Assembly (NCBI GenBank): GCA_964035545.1
Contig: OZ037766.1
Coordinates: 7,740,722 to 7,804,721, forward strand
Origin: Bugula neritina
Lineage: Eukaryota > Animalia > Bryozoa
Reading direction: 5' to 3'
DNA: 64,000 nt
Below the pieces are notes generated by a model. That model worked only from the letters and a program-made list of their open reading frames with translations. It did not search any database and was not told where the DNA came from. Positions 10,659 to 20,892 of this stretch are shown in pieces (the first letter of the stretch is position 1; the number at the start of each line of letters is the position of its first letter). The position numbers and the translations under genes are program-made.

Positions 10659-11560
10659 CCCTGATTTAGGAAGGGACAATATCGGCGGAAATGTCCTTGA
10701 TTTCCGCACTCCCAGCAAAAACTGACTGTTTCTCCCTGTGGCGGCGCCGATGGCCGCATGGGCTCAGGGGCGGTACTCACTGGGTTTTGCGGTGTCAGTG
10801 TTGCTATCAGCTTGGCTAGCATGTCCGTCAGTTGAGTGACTTTTGATGCCGTCGCCAACTGGGACACGGCAGCCGCGGCGGGGGTTTCCTCCCCTTGTCC
10901 CGCGGCCGTGTCTGCGCGGTCTATCTCCACTTGGCGGGAGCTTCCGCGACTTTTATGCATTTGGTTAGCTAGGAGGTAAGCTTCCCCCTCAGTCAGAGCA
11001 TCTTCAACGGTGGTGACTCCCCTAGCTAGAAACTGGTGGTGGAGACCCAGATCGTCGACAGATGCTATGAAAGCGTCGAGGGTGTACCTCTCGCGGTTGA
11101 CTGGGGGCAAGTCGCTGTACGCGATCTGTGCCAGCTTCATGACCACGGCGGCATGCTCCCGCAGCGGGGTGCGGGGATCACGCCGCAACCTCTGTAATCG
11201 GGCCCTGGCATCTGTAGCCGAGAGGCCAAAGCGGGCCCGCAGAGAAGCAAAGATATTATCAATGTCTACGCCCAGCCCATAGGGCTTGGCTTTGTCCATC
11301 AATGCCATTCTAAGCTTCAGCAGGGCCACCCTAGGGGGCCACTGAGCGACGTCCATTACGTCGCTAAACTCTTGAATAAATTGTTCCACCTCCTCTTCAC
11401 CCGTGAAGGTGGGCGCCTTTAACCTGTAGCGGTCTTCAGCTAGTTCTCGCGGAACCCTTCGCTCTTCTACTACATGGTTAACAGGCATTGTCTCTACAGC
11501 ATTGTCTCTACGCTCACCTTCGATTGCCGGTGGTTGAGTTTCAGCATTTTCAGTCTCCAT
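10601..11560 (-). CDS. gag: Gypsy gag (capsid + CCHC zinc knuckle)
   Basis: 319-aa ORF starting 13 nt after the PBS. LKAPTFTGEEEVEQFIQEF capsid-like start and CWECGNQGHFRRYC knuckle. Confidence 0.93.
   Translation of the reverse strand: METENAETQPPAIEGERRDNAVETMPVNHVVEERRVPRELAEDRYRLKAPTFTGEEEVEQFIQEFSDVMDVAQWPPRVALLKLRMALMDKAKPYGLGVDIDNIFASLRARFGLSATDARARLQRLRRDPRTPLREHAAVVMKLAQIAYSDLPPVNRERYTLDAFIASVDDLGLHHQFLARGVTTVEDALTEGEAYLLANQMHKSRGSSRQVEIDRADTAAGQGEETPAAAAVSQLATASKVTQLTDMLAKLIATLTPQNPVSTAPEPMRPSAPPQGETVSFCWECGNQGHFRRYCPFLNQGLNYRGPQMFPPSAGRRNL
10614..10658 (-). other. -1 programmed ribosomal frameshift signal (G_UUA_AAC + 5-nt spacer + GC stem-loop)
   Basis: pol is in the -1 frame relative to gag. 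Heptamer GTTAAAC (10652-10658) is in gag phase. 8-bp stem CGGCCCGC (10639-10646) / GCGGGCCG (10614-10621). Confidence 0.75.
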
Positions 11561-11572
11561 CTTGGATGCACT

Positions 11573-11590
11573 ATCCCACCGCTGCCACCA
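11573..11590 (-). other. Primer-binding site, tRNA-Leu
   Basis: Minus-strand TGGTGGCAGCGGTGGGAT, 1 nt inside the 5' LTR, complementary to the metazoan tRNA-Leu(AAG/UAG) 3' end ATCCCACCGCTGCCACCA. Confidence 0.85.
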
Positions 11591-11591
11591 C

Positions 11592-11897
11592 TGTTATATT
11601 TTTCAGATTTAGGGTTGATATGCTATCCAGAGAGTCTATTTATCTAGTATAGAACTACACCAGGCTAAGTCGAGTGAACGAGTATATTTTATACACAACT
11701 ATACATTACAAAAACACGATACATTATTTCCAACAAGTTACACATCTAATCTATTTCACACTCTAGCTTCGACTGAGTTAGCAGCGGGAAACTACAATTG
11801 CTGCTAACTATCAACTACGCTAATTGGCTATCCATTGTTCCGGGTCAATTACGCGACCCTACATGTTGTGCTGCTGGTAGTTCCACGAACCACCACA
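11592..11897 (-). repeat. 5' LTR of Gypsy element 1 (306 bp)
   Basis: Direct repeat of 4394-4699. Confidence 0.97.
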
Positions 11898-13797
11898 ATA
11901 CTTACAGTTGCAGTACATGTACTTAGTACTTTTAGTAATAAAAATATTGAAGATTGCTTCTGGTTATCAATTTCATTATGCACTAAATCTCATCATAATC
12001 ATAATGCTAATACTAGTAATAGTACTAGTAGTAGTAGTAATACTAATAGTAATGTGAATAGGTAAACTTTAAGTTAATCACTAATTACAATGTTAAACTT
12101 AATCATAATGTAGAACTAAATGTGGCCTAATTATAATGGTAGTGCTTTAAGTTTAAGCCTTTAAGTTGAACTTACGTCCTACTTTTTTATTTTTATTTGT
12201 AATTTTGTTGTTACATTAGTGATACTAATAACTAACAACACTACTATAAGCAGTGTTGTTAGTTATTAGTTATACTTATAGTAATGTTAATTGTTACAGT
12301 TATACCTATTAACATATAGTTGTACTTATACTCAAATTATAGCCTATTTAAGTATTTAGTCTTACTCTTACAGCTGATTTGATTTAATTTTAATTTAATT
12401 TATTATGGTTTGCATTTTCTGTGTTACAATTTTTAGTTTCATTTTAATCTTCATTAATAATGTTTGTATGTAATTTACTATGTATGGTAATAAATTATGA
12501 AACGGAAATGATCAAGTTTCTTTTTAATGGCTGTCTTTTAGCCATTAGCATTTAGTTAAAATTGTTAAAAGTTTGTTGTTCCTGGGTAGGTCAAGTGTGC
12601 TGTTACTAATACTGGTCTTTAAGTGGATATTACTCATTATTATTATTAGACTACTTCTACACTAACATTTATTTAATCAGAAACTGGAACAATAAAAATA
12701 AAATAATTAACTGTAACTTGAAATTCTAGTTCTAAGTATTAGATTTAAGAATCATAATGTTATCAACATTTTTTTCATCAGATATTGTTACTCAGGTATT
12801 ACTTCTAGAACAATTAGGCTCTGATAGTTGTTTACTCGTTCATAGTATACTCAGTAAGCAGACATGGTAGCTGTGTCTATAGTTTTTTGCTGATAATAAG
12901 GCATAATATAATATTTGTGTGATAATTCAGCTGTAGTAGAACTGTACTGTAAAGGTTTTTAGTTTTTATTTGATTTTTTTAATTGAAACTCTTAAATATC
13001 TATTGAAATGGACATAAGACTATAAATTTGTATATTTCTGTGAGCACCTATGGAACTAAGAGAGTATAACTGTAGTTGTCAATATCATGGTTTCACTGTG
13101 TCTCATTCCTATAAAAATAGTTGAGATGACTGCATCGGCTTGTATTTTGTATGAGAAAAAGCAGCTATTTGTTTAATCTGAAAACTAGTGTTTTCCACGC
13201 TAACCATGCATGAATTTGAGCTTGTAGGCCTACGTTGAAATTGAACTAGTTTTGTTGGCTAATTTTATTAAAAGTTATACACCATTGCTATAGCTACTAT
13301 ATAGATATACTACAGTTAGTATAAGGGAAGTTGAGGTGATATAACCTTGCCCTTTGTGTAAGTGCTTCACCAGTACATTATATAATCGCACAAGAATAAA
13401 ATATTCTGCTAAAAGTGTAATGGTATTCATTTTCAGTAGTTTCAAGTTTTGTGTTTGCTAATAACGGGCTCTAAACTAATTCTCTTATTATACAGCTTAT
13501 GCAGTCAACCTTTCTTATTGGTTTTGCTCATATGTTATGTTTGTTATGTTTTTCTATGATTATAATTTTATCTTTGAAAAGTATAGTAACTTTGCATTCA
13601 TTTAAAAATGCACACCTAATAAATGTAAACACCAATAGAACCTGGTTTAGAGAGGAACATATGCATTTTGTCATCCAATATTGAATTTTACTTTTTTATT
13701 GATAAAATTTGAATTAGAAATCACATTTTTTATGTTATAAGTGTTTGGTAAGCTGGTAAGTGTTGAATCAGCTGACTTGTGTTCACACAGTTATTAA

Positions 13798-16700
13798 ATG
13801 GATGGTACGGAGTCAGTCCGCTCTGGTAGAAGTGAGAGAAGTCATCGCAGTCATCATAGTCATCGACATCACCACAGTCAAGGCAGCAGAGCGGACTCGC
13901 ACACTGACTCGCATAGACACCACAGGAAGCATCATAGACACAGAAGCTCTCATCACGACTCCTCCCGTCTTCCTGATGAGAACAGATCTGTCTCTATACG
14001 ACTGCCTACATCAGAAGATACACAGCAACTGACCAAAAACGATCATGTGGGCATACAAATCCTCCCACAGGTTTGTTGTAACTTCTCATTGGTTATATCT
14101 CTGAAGCTAAAATTAACTTTTAGACTTTTTAAACGGCATTTTCCAGAGTTTAAGTTGGATTGTAAGCCTGTAGTTTATAGTAGTTGGTGGTTGGTGGATT
14201 GAAAATACAAACCCTAGCATGTCTAGTGACTAATAAAGTAAATAATGCATATTCTCATTGAGTAAGCATCGGTTTTTAGAGTATCCTAGATACTATTCAG
14301 GTATCAAAAGAAATCGATCAGCTAAAATATAGCCGTGCTATTCGAGTAGCATTGCCAGGTTGAATTTCACTCTTAGTGAAAGAAGCATTGATTTCTGCAC
14401 GGATATTGCAGTTATGAGTGAAAAGCTTGTATACATGATAAGATCATGGTTTTCTATGTCTTCATTCCATTGAAGATTAAATTAATAATATATCATTTAA
14501 TGAGCTAGTAGTTTCAGCATTTTCATGTTGTGTTGTCAGCTGGAGTGAAATATGCAAATTATGATATATATAAAGTAACATTATGCTAAGCCTAGGGCCA
14601 CACTGTGCGTATTTTCGCATGCGAAAATTAAAATCACGCGTAGCAAAGGTGTCCACTGTAGCGTCAGTGATGCGTGATAAATAAAGCTTTCATTTTTAAA
14701 TCGCACTCGCTTTCAATAAAACGCAATTTGCTGGAATATAGCACTAAATAGAGAAATTGGGTTCGCTGAATAGCTACCAGCCAATTAGGTGACGACGACA
14801 GAGACGTTTCGCACCTGCGTTGAAAATGCAGAGCGACAAGTGCGAAGGTTTTCTCAACGCGCACAGTGGACACCTTTGCTACTTGTGATTTCAATTTTCG
14901 CATGCGAAAATACGCGCCGTGTGGCCCTAGGCTAAAGGCGATGAAGCGTGTGCACTGATGTTTGCTGCTTGTAGGATGACCATTGGGCAGACAACACCAC
15001 AGCTGTCACTAGCGAGACCGGCTGGAGTGACATGGATGATGTCAAGATGACGACTAGTGAAGCTATGGAGAAGTCGGTTGGACTCAACTGTTCCCGACGC
15101 TATGCAGGCTCTGTGGTGACTGGCTTCATCGCCACCATAGCTTTCTTCTCGCCTATTGCAATGATTGTAATACCACACGTTGTGCCCAATATTGGACTCG
15201 CCGACCTTCACTGTAGGCCCGATTGCGAGGGTTACATCATCAGTCTGATTGTCAAATTGCTCATCCTACTTATTGGATCGTGGGCTTTGTTTGTTCGACG
15301 GCCTAAGGCTACAATGCCAAGGTCATTTGTGTTTAGAGTGGTCATAATTGTGTTGCTCTTTGTGCTCAGTTTCGCCTACTGGCTATTCTACGTCTTCAGA
15401 CTACTTAGTATACAGAGCGTGTCGACCGGCTTGGGCTCATCCGACTTCAAGACTGTCGTCCTCTTTGCCTCTAGTATGGTTGATTCACTCATATTCATCC
15501 ATTACGTGGCGATTATACTAGTAGAAATACGACAATTACAGACTATATATACTATCAAAATACTCAGATCTCCTGATGGTCAAAGTAGAACATACAGCAT
15601 TGGACAACTTAGTGTGCAAAGGGCTGCAGTTCTCTGCCTAGAGTGGTACTACAGGGACTTCCCTGTTTACAACCCGTACTTGGAGAATGCTATACATCGA
15701 AAGTCTAACAAAGTTAGCCAGGTGTGTTTTACTGAATGTCCATAAGAGCAGTGCTTTAGTATTTCAGTCGTCAGTACTTGGTAGTCAGTACTTCGCTAGT
15801 TAGTACTTTATTAGTTAGTACTTCAATACTCAGTGCTTTAGTAGTCAGTATTTTAGTAGTCACCACTTCAGTAGTCAGTATTGGATAAGTTAGTACTTCA
15901 CTAGTCACTACTTCAGTAGTCAGCACATAGACAGTAGTGCAGTTTAGCCACTAGACCCCCTCTATACTCATGCAGCTGTCAACCCTCACTGCTCGTTTAA
16001 ACTGAAAGCCTTATTGTTTGTCTAGCTCAGATGCAATGAATATAGTAATTTCATTAATTGAAACTCACAATGTGGATGTTATGAATGTTATTGTTTGTGT
16101 GCCTACTTGTTTGTCTACTTGAATACCAGTGACTGATAGAAGAAGATATACCACTGCCCCAATACAAATACTTCTCCATCAGCCTCTATCACACTACATT
16201 GTTGTTTGTAGTCCAACATGTCAGCAAACAAGTACAAGGTTTATGACGTTGACGGGCCTCTGGGTGGCCCTGCTGGTGGTGAATCCTTAGCTGAACAGAA
16301 ATCTAAAGCAATTTTTGCAGCTGCAGCTAGAAGACGGGATGCAGGACACAACGAAAGGTGTGGCCTTTTTAAACATGTGTGTTTGAGTAGCCCGTTGTTA
16401 TATCATGTGCAACTTTGGTTTTTACATCAGGTAAGGCACCAGAATTTTCGACTCTTTATGTAGAGTACATATCTATTTGTGTATTGAGAAAAATATATTT
16501 AGTATGCTATTACAGCCAAACTATACTCTAGAGTTAAACAAATTTTCCACAGGCTCTTCTTAGCCTGCAGGGCAGTCTGACGTGAGCAGCTAGAGTAGCT
16601 AATTTAGACCAGTGCAGCTCCAACTAACTTTACTCAATGTAGTCTTCTCAAATTTTGTTACCGGCTATGTGATTTTTAAAAGTACATTGCGCAGAACTTG

Positions 16701-19700
16701 TTCAATCGAGGTAGGTGCAGTAATGGAGAAATCAAGAAAAGCCCCGTGTTCTAGATTGGAAATGCAGCGTAAGAAGTTATTTTCTCATGAGAATTTAACC
16801 CCGTGTCCCAAACCAAAATTTAATAATAAAGTTAAAGAACTTAGGCTATCTCAATTTCTCCACTACTGCTCCTAAATAATTGAAACTGCCTTCTACACTA
16901 GCCCTGGTGTCTCTGTAGATATTACGAAGAGCAGGAGTATGAAAGACGAGTAGCTAAAAGGAAAAGTAGATTGCTGACCGCTGCCGAGGAATCGTTCACT
17001 CATATCAAGAGACTGAGAGAAGAGTCAGGTGAGAGCATCTTCTATGTTCATATAGTGTTTTAACTGCTATGTAGGAGTAAATACAGCATGGAGAAATTTC
17101 CAAAACCATGATTTTAGAATGATGCAGTCTGAAATTAAAGTGTGAAAGTTAGTCCACTACTTGCCTCTCGGATAATGAATTATTCAGGCATTAGAAACTC
17201 TCCTTTATTGTTAGTTCTGTTTTCACTGAGACATGATTAACTCTTTACATCTAGTCATAATATTTTATGGACATCTTGTGTTATGATGGGCAATCCACAT
17301 TATGAAAGCTACTCTGGTTATATTTTTATATTATACTTTACTAGATATTTATTCATCTGGTATTAAGCTAAAAGCTCTGCGCTGCGAATGCCTGTATTAT
17401 AATTGACTATAGAACTCTCTCTTAAGTCACTTGACCTTACTGTTAATTGTTAGCACGAGTTTAACACCTCCTCTAGCAACTACCACCAGCAGACTAAAAT
17501 GCTTCCTTTGTGTTGCTGCTGGTATAAAAGGCATTATTATTGTTATGGTAGCTGATTCGATTAGGGCAGAGATGTTCTTGTTGAACTTTCACCTCCTTCC
17601 AGCTGGGTGGCCTGCAAGGATTCATGTATATATGTGATATACAGCCTTTGTATAAAGTACAATGCAGCTAGGAGTGTACCTATTAACTTATTATACTCAG
17701 CCATATGGCTACTGCATAAGTAAGGCCTAAATGAAATGTTCTTTGTAAATCCTAATAATATAAAGGATGTGTCAGGAGCTTAGTGTATGTAATGTGTAAC
17801 TGCAACTTATCAAACTTTAGTGACCATTTGTAAGACTACACAATGAAAACTAGAGGTACACTAACTTGTTCAAACATGAAGCCAGTTATTATGATAAACA
17901 AAAATCAGGGTGTTTGTAGGACCAGCTATTCCAATGGACTCTAAAGAGGCTGCCGATGCAATATTTCCTTCGATGGCACGAGCTCTACAGAAATTCCTCA
18001 GAGTTACTCGTCAACAGCCTGCATACACTATAGAGATGATTATGGAGCACCTAGCTAGATGTGTCAACTATGACATGTCCCCCAAGGCTTTCCTAGAAGA
18101 ATTCCTTTACCCTGGTTAGTGTCATCTTGTTTAAAAGCTAGTCTCTAAATTGTATAGCTAATCTACCAACACGGTTTATAATATTATAAAACCAAAATGG
18201 AAAAAAACTGTTTTATGAATTGGTGCAAAAAGTTGCTAACTTTGCTAAATAATAAATTAAGATGGATGACCACAGAATTGAAATTATAGTAAATATGCAA
18301 CTAAAAACATGGCACCAAAAGTTACATAGACACTAATAATAATTTACATTACAAAGTTACTTGAAAATCAAGGTCAGATTTACCTACTAAATTTAACAAA
18401 GGAAATTGAATAAATTGAATTAGATATATTAATTTGAATAAAATGAAAAAATTTTCCTTGTAAAAGAGACATGTTATGCAAAGTTGAATGCACAATATGG
18501 AAATTCATTTTAGTTCATACAGTTTCTGCTGAATAAATCACATGTCAAACAACTTAAAATTATATACAGCACAAATTTTGGTAGTCTAAATTGTTATCAA
18601 CTGAACCTTTTCTAATAAAGTATTAAAACTCTTTAAATATTGACCTGGCAAATTTATGATTCAACAAAAAAAAATTATAATCAAAAGCGTCAAATGGTAA
18701 ATAATAGAATTTGCTGAAAAGCAGCATAATTTTATTAAACATGCATTACAATTATTAGACCAACAAAATATCTGCAACTTTTGGAGTTGTGCATCACATC
18801 TGAATATTGATATTTCACATCGATAGTTAAATGTAGGAGTAATGGTTCTAGGAGATACTTACAACTGCAAAAATACTTGAAATTGTGTGAGAGATGTAAA
18901 CAGTAAAGTTTTTAGAAAATTTCAAATTAAACATAAGACAAAAGCTAGAAGTTGAACATATAAAACTCTATGTCTCATGAAAGGTTTAGCTGTGGGGAGT
19001 TGTAACAATTCAAAATATGGATTGGGGCTGAACTACTGTAACATCTGCCCATTAAGTTTGAATTTCTTTGTAGAGATACAAATCAGTTTCAAGCGTAACT
19101 CCTAGTATGCACTATGCATAGTATGCAGTATGCACTATGTTTTAGGGTACAGCGTTTGTGTTGGAAATGGAGGAAGGGTTCTTTTAACAATACAAAATAC
19201 TCTGCAGCCTAATTATCACCAATTATGTTAAACTTTCACTGATTGATTTATAAGGAGCGTTGAAGCATTTTTTATACCTGTGTTGCAGGTGAATGTCCTA
19301 ACTATGTGTAAGAGGAATTATATTTCTACTGTGAAATTGTTCACATGTGTACCATTTTTTCCAAAAACAGCAAGTCCGAATTTAAATAATATGAATTTGA
19401 CAGAAAGGTTTTGCTAGTTACAGCATTCCATAAAAGCACCTCTAGCTAGTAGCTAGTAAGTATGTGGTGTTGAGGAGTTATCTTCTCATAATGAGATAAT
19501 TTCTCGATAGTCTTTTCCTCATTTCTCAACTAGGAAAGTTAGTTTTAAAATTGAAATATAATTCACCGTATAAAGTATATTATCTCAAGTGTTTAAAATT
19601 GATCCAATTAGGTGCTCCCATCTCCCTAGTTTTAATTTGCAGTATCACCACAGTTGGATTTAAAGTAGTTAATAAAATCTGGCAAATATCTACTTGTGTT

Positions 19701-20039
19701 TACAATGATAAGTGTATACAGCACAGCTTTGTATATTGCAAGTTGTTTGAATTTGTTTTAAATTAGCACTGGTTGCAACTTGCATCAAATATATTTTGCT
19801 CTGTTTTAGGTCAGGTTATAAATCACCCCAAACAGACGTGCGAAGAAGAAGCCTGGTCTCTGGTCAGTGAGACTTTCCTATCAAGGGGAATAGATAACGG
19901 GACACAGTTTGTTCTCAAGAAGTCAGATATATCTCTGCTCTGTGTGGTGAAGCAAATGCCATATTTCAACATTTCAGAAAAGATTTTGGAATCTCAAGAT
20001 CGTTTTGTTCTGCGTCTCAATTCTGAGACATCAGTTTGA
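13798..20039 (+). CDS. Vang: Van Gogh/Strabismus planar cell polarity protein, 566 aa. Exons 13798-14070, 14975-15721, 16212-16357, 16919-17028, 17920-18114, 19810-20039
   Basis: IQILPQ|[15 protein letters not shown], four TM helices, [68 protein letters not shown]-terminal PDZ ligand RLNSETSV. All introns are GT-AG and in phase; total 1701 nt. Confidence 0.96.
14590..14932. mobile_element. PIF/Harbinger-type MITE (343 bp) in a Vang intron
   Basis: About 70-bp imperfect TIRs (GCCTAGGGCCACAC...GTGTGGCCCTAGGC), each containing the palindrome ATTTTCGCATGCGAAAAT. 3-bp TSD TAA (14587-14589, 14933-14935). Confidence 0.85.
15757..15925. repeat. Degenerate 15-bp minisatellite (consensus ~TCAGTACTTCAGTAG), about 11 copies, intronic
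   Basis: Repeated agtagtcagtacttc variants are visible directly in the sequence. Confidence 0.8.
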
Positions 20040-20892
20040 ATTGCCAATCTCATTATTACACTAACTACCTGTGGGTTATCTTCTCAGTGTTGAGAAAACT
20101 AGCCTTTTTACTCTTCAAATCTTTTCAATCATAAAATACTGCTCATCAACAACATAGTGGTCAAATGGTAATTGGATTTTATGAATTAGAATTGATATTA
20201 GGTTTTGCCAAAACTCTCTTTGTATTTATTTCTCCATTGGCCACCAAAAATCAACTTTTGTACTGTTTTTTACATAATTCATATTTTGTAGTGGACACAT
20301 ATCTACTTATTTCAAATGATATTGAAAATTCATCTCTATGCTAATCTGTTGCACATAACTACTCTGCATCACATTTGAAATCAAGTATTAATTACTGTAT
20401 TTACTGTTTTTATTAGTTTTCAGCTTTGTTTTTCATATATCTTGTCATAAGCATATTTGTAATCTCTTTCACTACTTTTAGACAACTTTCCACTCATCGG
20501 TATATATTCTTTTTATAATTCATATAAATAAACATTCTTTACATTATACCAAAAATTATGTGTGGTGAATACTTATATTCTGTTATTTTCCCATAATTGT
20601 ACAACATTATATTGTTGTGTAAAAAATAAATATAAATTATTGGGTAGATTAAAAACGTGTCATTCTTTTAGCGTAGGTTTACAGCAATTTACAAAGTTGA
20701 TTGAAATCCAAGTTTTCATCAATATGTACACTACAGCTAAGCTTATAAATATGTATAAAATAATCTATACAGAATTTCTATATATTTACAATAAAAATAA
20801 TTCTTCATATTAAATATATAGTAGAACTTATGTCCATGGAATACGGTGATATTCTTATATTATTTAGTATACAAAAATAACTAAAAATTGTA

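Larger units (their letters stand above)
4394..11897 (-). mobile_element. Full-length Ty3/Gypsy LTR retrotransposon with gag, pol and an extra 3' ORF; very recent insertion
   Basis: Two 306-bp TG...CA LTRs with no differences seen by eye. 4-bp TSD ATAC (4390-4393, 11898-11901). tRNA-Leu PBS, PPT and intact gag/pol with PR-RT-RH-IN order. Confidence 0.97.

Noticed and set aside
5017-11282. Many plus-strand ORFs of 60-175 aa across Gypsy element 1
   Set aside because: Antisense shadows of GC-rich gag/pol/ORF3 coding sequence with no recognisable motifs.
13798-13980. His/Arg/Ser-rich N-terminus of Vang as a novelty
   Set aside because: A basic Ser/Arg/His-rich stretch after the first serine cluster is usual in Vang/Stbm proteins.
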